From Pseudomonadota bacterium (GTDB lineage: Bacteria; UBA10199; 2-02-FULL-44-16; JBDRGF01): a DNA stretch of 29,526 bases. Every line of letters begins with the position of its first letter. The stretch's first letter is position 1. Under the pieces are notes generated by a model that saw only the letters and a program-made list of their open reading frames with translations, ran no database searches and was not told where the DNA came from. The stretch covers positions 1-29,526 of the forward strand of contig JBDRGF010000040.1 of NCBI GenBank assembly GCA_043818055.1, read 5' to 3'. Below are positions 27,468 through 29,526 of this stretch, in pieces. The position numbers and the translations under genes were made by a program.

Positions 27468-28802
27468 ATGAAAAAAATAATTCTTTTAATAATCATCTTT
27501 TCAATCGCAATAGCAGGATGCGCGACATCGTCGAAAAAATTCGGCTACAGGCAGATCTTTCACGAGGAGACCTCTCAGGTGAGCGAAGCGGTGAAGAGCG
27601 GCAACCTTGAGCAGGGTATCAGAGATGCGAGCATGCTCCTCGAGATGGATCCGAAAAACGACGAGGTGAGATTCTTAAGAGCGATTGCTTACCAAAAGAG
27701 AAATCAGTTTGACAAGGCAGCGCAGGACTATCTTCTTCTCCTAAAGCATAACCCCAATCACGCTCAGGGACATTACAATCTGGGAATGCTCTATGCCTTC
27801 AAGATTTATAATAAACAGGAGGCGCTAAAACATTTCGACACATTTCTTACACTCAATCCAAAACACCAGGACGCATTTAAGGTTGCAAAGATCATGATGA
27901 GCCTCGAAAATTCATTCGGCTCAAATGCTTCGGAAAACGACATGAGTTCGACACTAGCCGATCAAACCCTTAAGAAAGCGTGGAGGGAGATCGATGTGGA
28001 AAAGAGGAAAAAGATCGTTCAGGAGGCGATAAAACTCGATCCGACAAAAACTGAAGGCTACTTCACACTCGGGCAGATCGCCCTCACTGAAGGGAAGAAG
28101 GCGGAGGCGATAAAATATTTTTCAAAGTCAGTGGAGCTGAAACCGACACTCGCCGAGGCGCATCATCAACTGGGGCAATTGCTTTTGCAGGAGAATCAAA
28201 ACGAAGAGGCGAGGATGCATCTGATCAAGGCTTCGCTTTTCAAACCAAACGGTTCATCATCTGAGGATGCGGCAACGCCCTCTTCCGGAAAAAAAAGCAG
28301 AACATCTGAAATCTCACACTATAAGCACGGAGGAAATGGAAGCATAGTCATCAGCACCCGCCCCAAAGATGCCGGGTGTGCGTTGACATTAAATGGTGTG
28401 ACAAAGAGTTATACAACACCCTTGATCCTCGACGACATGAACATCTCAACTCCAATCAAAGGCAAGGTCGTAATTTCAAAGGATGGATATCACAAAAAGG
28501 AAATTGCATTCGAGCTAAATCAATCTGTGAGCTCTCTGACCAAAAGTATCGATCTTGTCCCTCAAGGCTTCGCCCTCATCGACATCCAGGCCTCCCCGTG
28601 GGGAGTGGCCTCCATAAAGAATCACATCGATTCGAAGGAGACCCCTGTTGGTCCTGAGAAGATAAAACCAGGAAGATATCAGATAGAAGTGACCTACCCG
28701 CCCCTCAACAAAACCCTTTCAAAGCAGATCGCAGTCGCCAAAGGCCAGCACATCCAATGCTACGCCGATTTTTCTGATCGTAATTCGATTGAGTGTGATT
28801 AA
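27468..28802 (+). CDS. TPR-repeat lipoprotein with C-terminal PEGA-like domains
   Basis: Lipobox IAGC; TPR motifs (AQGHYNLGMLY, EGYFTLGQIA, AEAHHQLG); then GSIVISTRPKDA...LNG....TTP and IQASPWG...TPV....PGRY. Starts 3 nt after the CsgG-family stop. Confidence 0.85.
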   Translation: MKKIILLIIIFSIAIAGCATSSKKFGYRQIFHEETSQVSEAVKSGNLEQGIRDASMLLEMDPKNDEVRFLRAIAYQKRNQFDKAAQDYLLLLKHNPNHAQGHYNLGMLYAFKIYNKQEALKHFDTFLTLNPKHQDAFKVAKIMMSLENSFGSNASENDMSSTLADQTLKKAWREIDVEKRKKIVQEAIKLDPTKTEGYFTLGQIALTEGKKAEAIKYFSKSVELKPTLAEAHHQLGQLLLQENQNEEARMHLIKASLFKPNGSSSEDAATPSSGKKSRTSEISHYKHGGNGSIVISTRPKDAGCALTLNGVTKSYTTPLILDDMNISTPIKGKVVISKDGYHKKEIAFELNQSVSSLTKSIDLVPQGFALIDIQASPWGVASIKNHIDSKETPVGPEKIKPGRYQIEVTYPPLNKTLSKQIAVAKGQHIQCYADFSDRNSIECD

Positions 28803-29526
28803 GCCCTTTTTCCTAATAAACCAATCACCCTCTCCAGACCTGCATCCAACCCCTCTTTCATCAAATCTATGCGATAGACTTTTATTCCCTTTCCCTTCAA
28901 ATATCTGTCACGAATTGCATCCCTTCCTCTCTGTGAATAATGATATCTGCCATCCAGCTCGATGTTGGCTTTTAAAGTCGGTATATACAGATCCAGCTCA
29001 AATCCATCGATATAGTGATTAACTAATACTGTTTCACGCAATCTTTTTGTTAAAACATTCTGTGATTTTAGCTCACCATTTGTCGACTTTGATTCCTGTG
29101 ATCTAATAAAATTGTTATATCGATCTTCTAACCATTTTGGCAACGGTCGGTCATACAAACTTACCGATCGTACTAAGGTTATCAAATCAATATCATTATC
29201 TAAATTGATTTCATTTTTGATCAAGTCAAAGAGCTGATCGATCATATATCTTGCCTCTGCAGTACCTCTCAGATCCTGCAGGCCATAGAGCGCATTGCCG
29301 ATCTCTTGACTATCCAATATAGCCCCTGACTCATCGATCTTCCTGCTCAACGCCAACAACAGTTCTCTCGGAACTACTCCCGCATCCAAATTCTGCAGAC
29401 CGTAGAGCGCATTGCCGATCTCTTGACTATCCAATATAGCCCCTGACTCATCGATCTTCCTGCTCAACGCCAACAACAGTTCTCTCGGAACTACTCCCGC
29501 ATCCAAATTCTGCAGACCGTAGAGCG
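28799..29526 (-). CDS. 39-aa helical repeat (OPR/HPR-like) protein with C-terminal RAP/DUF559 domain; 5' end beyond the right edge
   Basis: Frame stays open to the window edge. Repeat DAGVVPRELLLALSRKIDESGAILDSQEIGNALYGLQNL; C-terminus GFELDLYIP...NIELDGRYHY...DAIRDRYLKGKGIKVYRI. Confidence 0.82.
   Translation of the reverse strand, partial: LYGLQNLDAGVVPRELLLALSRKIDESGAILDSQEIGNALYGLQNLDAGVVPRELLLALSRKIDESGAILDSQEIGNALYGLQDLRGTAEARYMIDQLFDLIKNEINLDNDIDLITLVRSVSLYDRPLPKWLEDRYNNFIRSQESKSTNGELKSQNVLTKRLRETVLVNHYIDGFELDLYIPTLKANIELDGRYHYSQRGRDAIRDRYLKGKGIKVYRIDLMKEGLDAGLERVIGLLGKRA
29287..29526. repeat. 117-bp perfect tandem repeat (two full copies, a third begins at the edge)
   Basis: 29287-29403 equals 29404-29520; AGAGCG at 29521 starts a further copy. 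Confidence 0.95.

Noticed and set aside
29287..29526. CRISPR array
   Set aside because: The 117-bp units are contiguous with no spacers, are a multiple of three, and lie in an open frame; this is a coding repeat.

Overview
Bacterial chromosomal window. The GyrB type and gene content point to a deltaproteobacterial-like organism (inference). From left to right: (1) the 5' 728 codons of gyrB, running off the left edge; (2) two divergent paralogous orphan genes, one split by a -1 frameshift at a slippery heptamer; (3) an OPT-family peptide transporter; (4) a four-layer nested stack of miniature inverted-repeat elements; (5) an AT-richer defence island (truncated HTH, SNF2-like helicase, DUF4391, ORF6N/PLD-like protein, type III Mod and Res); (6) an amgK/murU-like peptidoglycan-recycling pair split by an AlbA_2-HATPase-HTH gene; (7) an IPT/TIG lipoprotein, a large HEXXH metalloprotease lipoprotein and a hypothetical exported protein; (8) a five-gene operon with a sigma54 promoter, IHF site and tandem enhancer palindromes, encoding three mutually related secreted proteins (the first N/S/D/T-rich and free of Pro and Cys), a CsgG/HfaB-family protein and a TPR-PEGA lipoprotein; (9) the 3' end of a gene with identical 39-aa helical repeats and a RAP/DUF559 nuclease-like domain. 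The operon in (8) is the best candidate for an undescribed system: a possible non-curlin amyloid or fibre secretion system. All family assignments come from motif recognition by eye; no searches were run.
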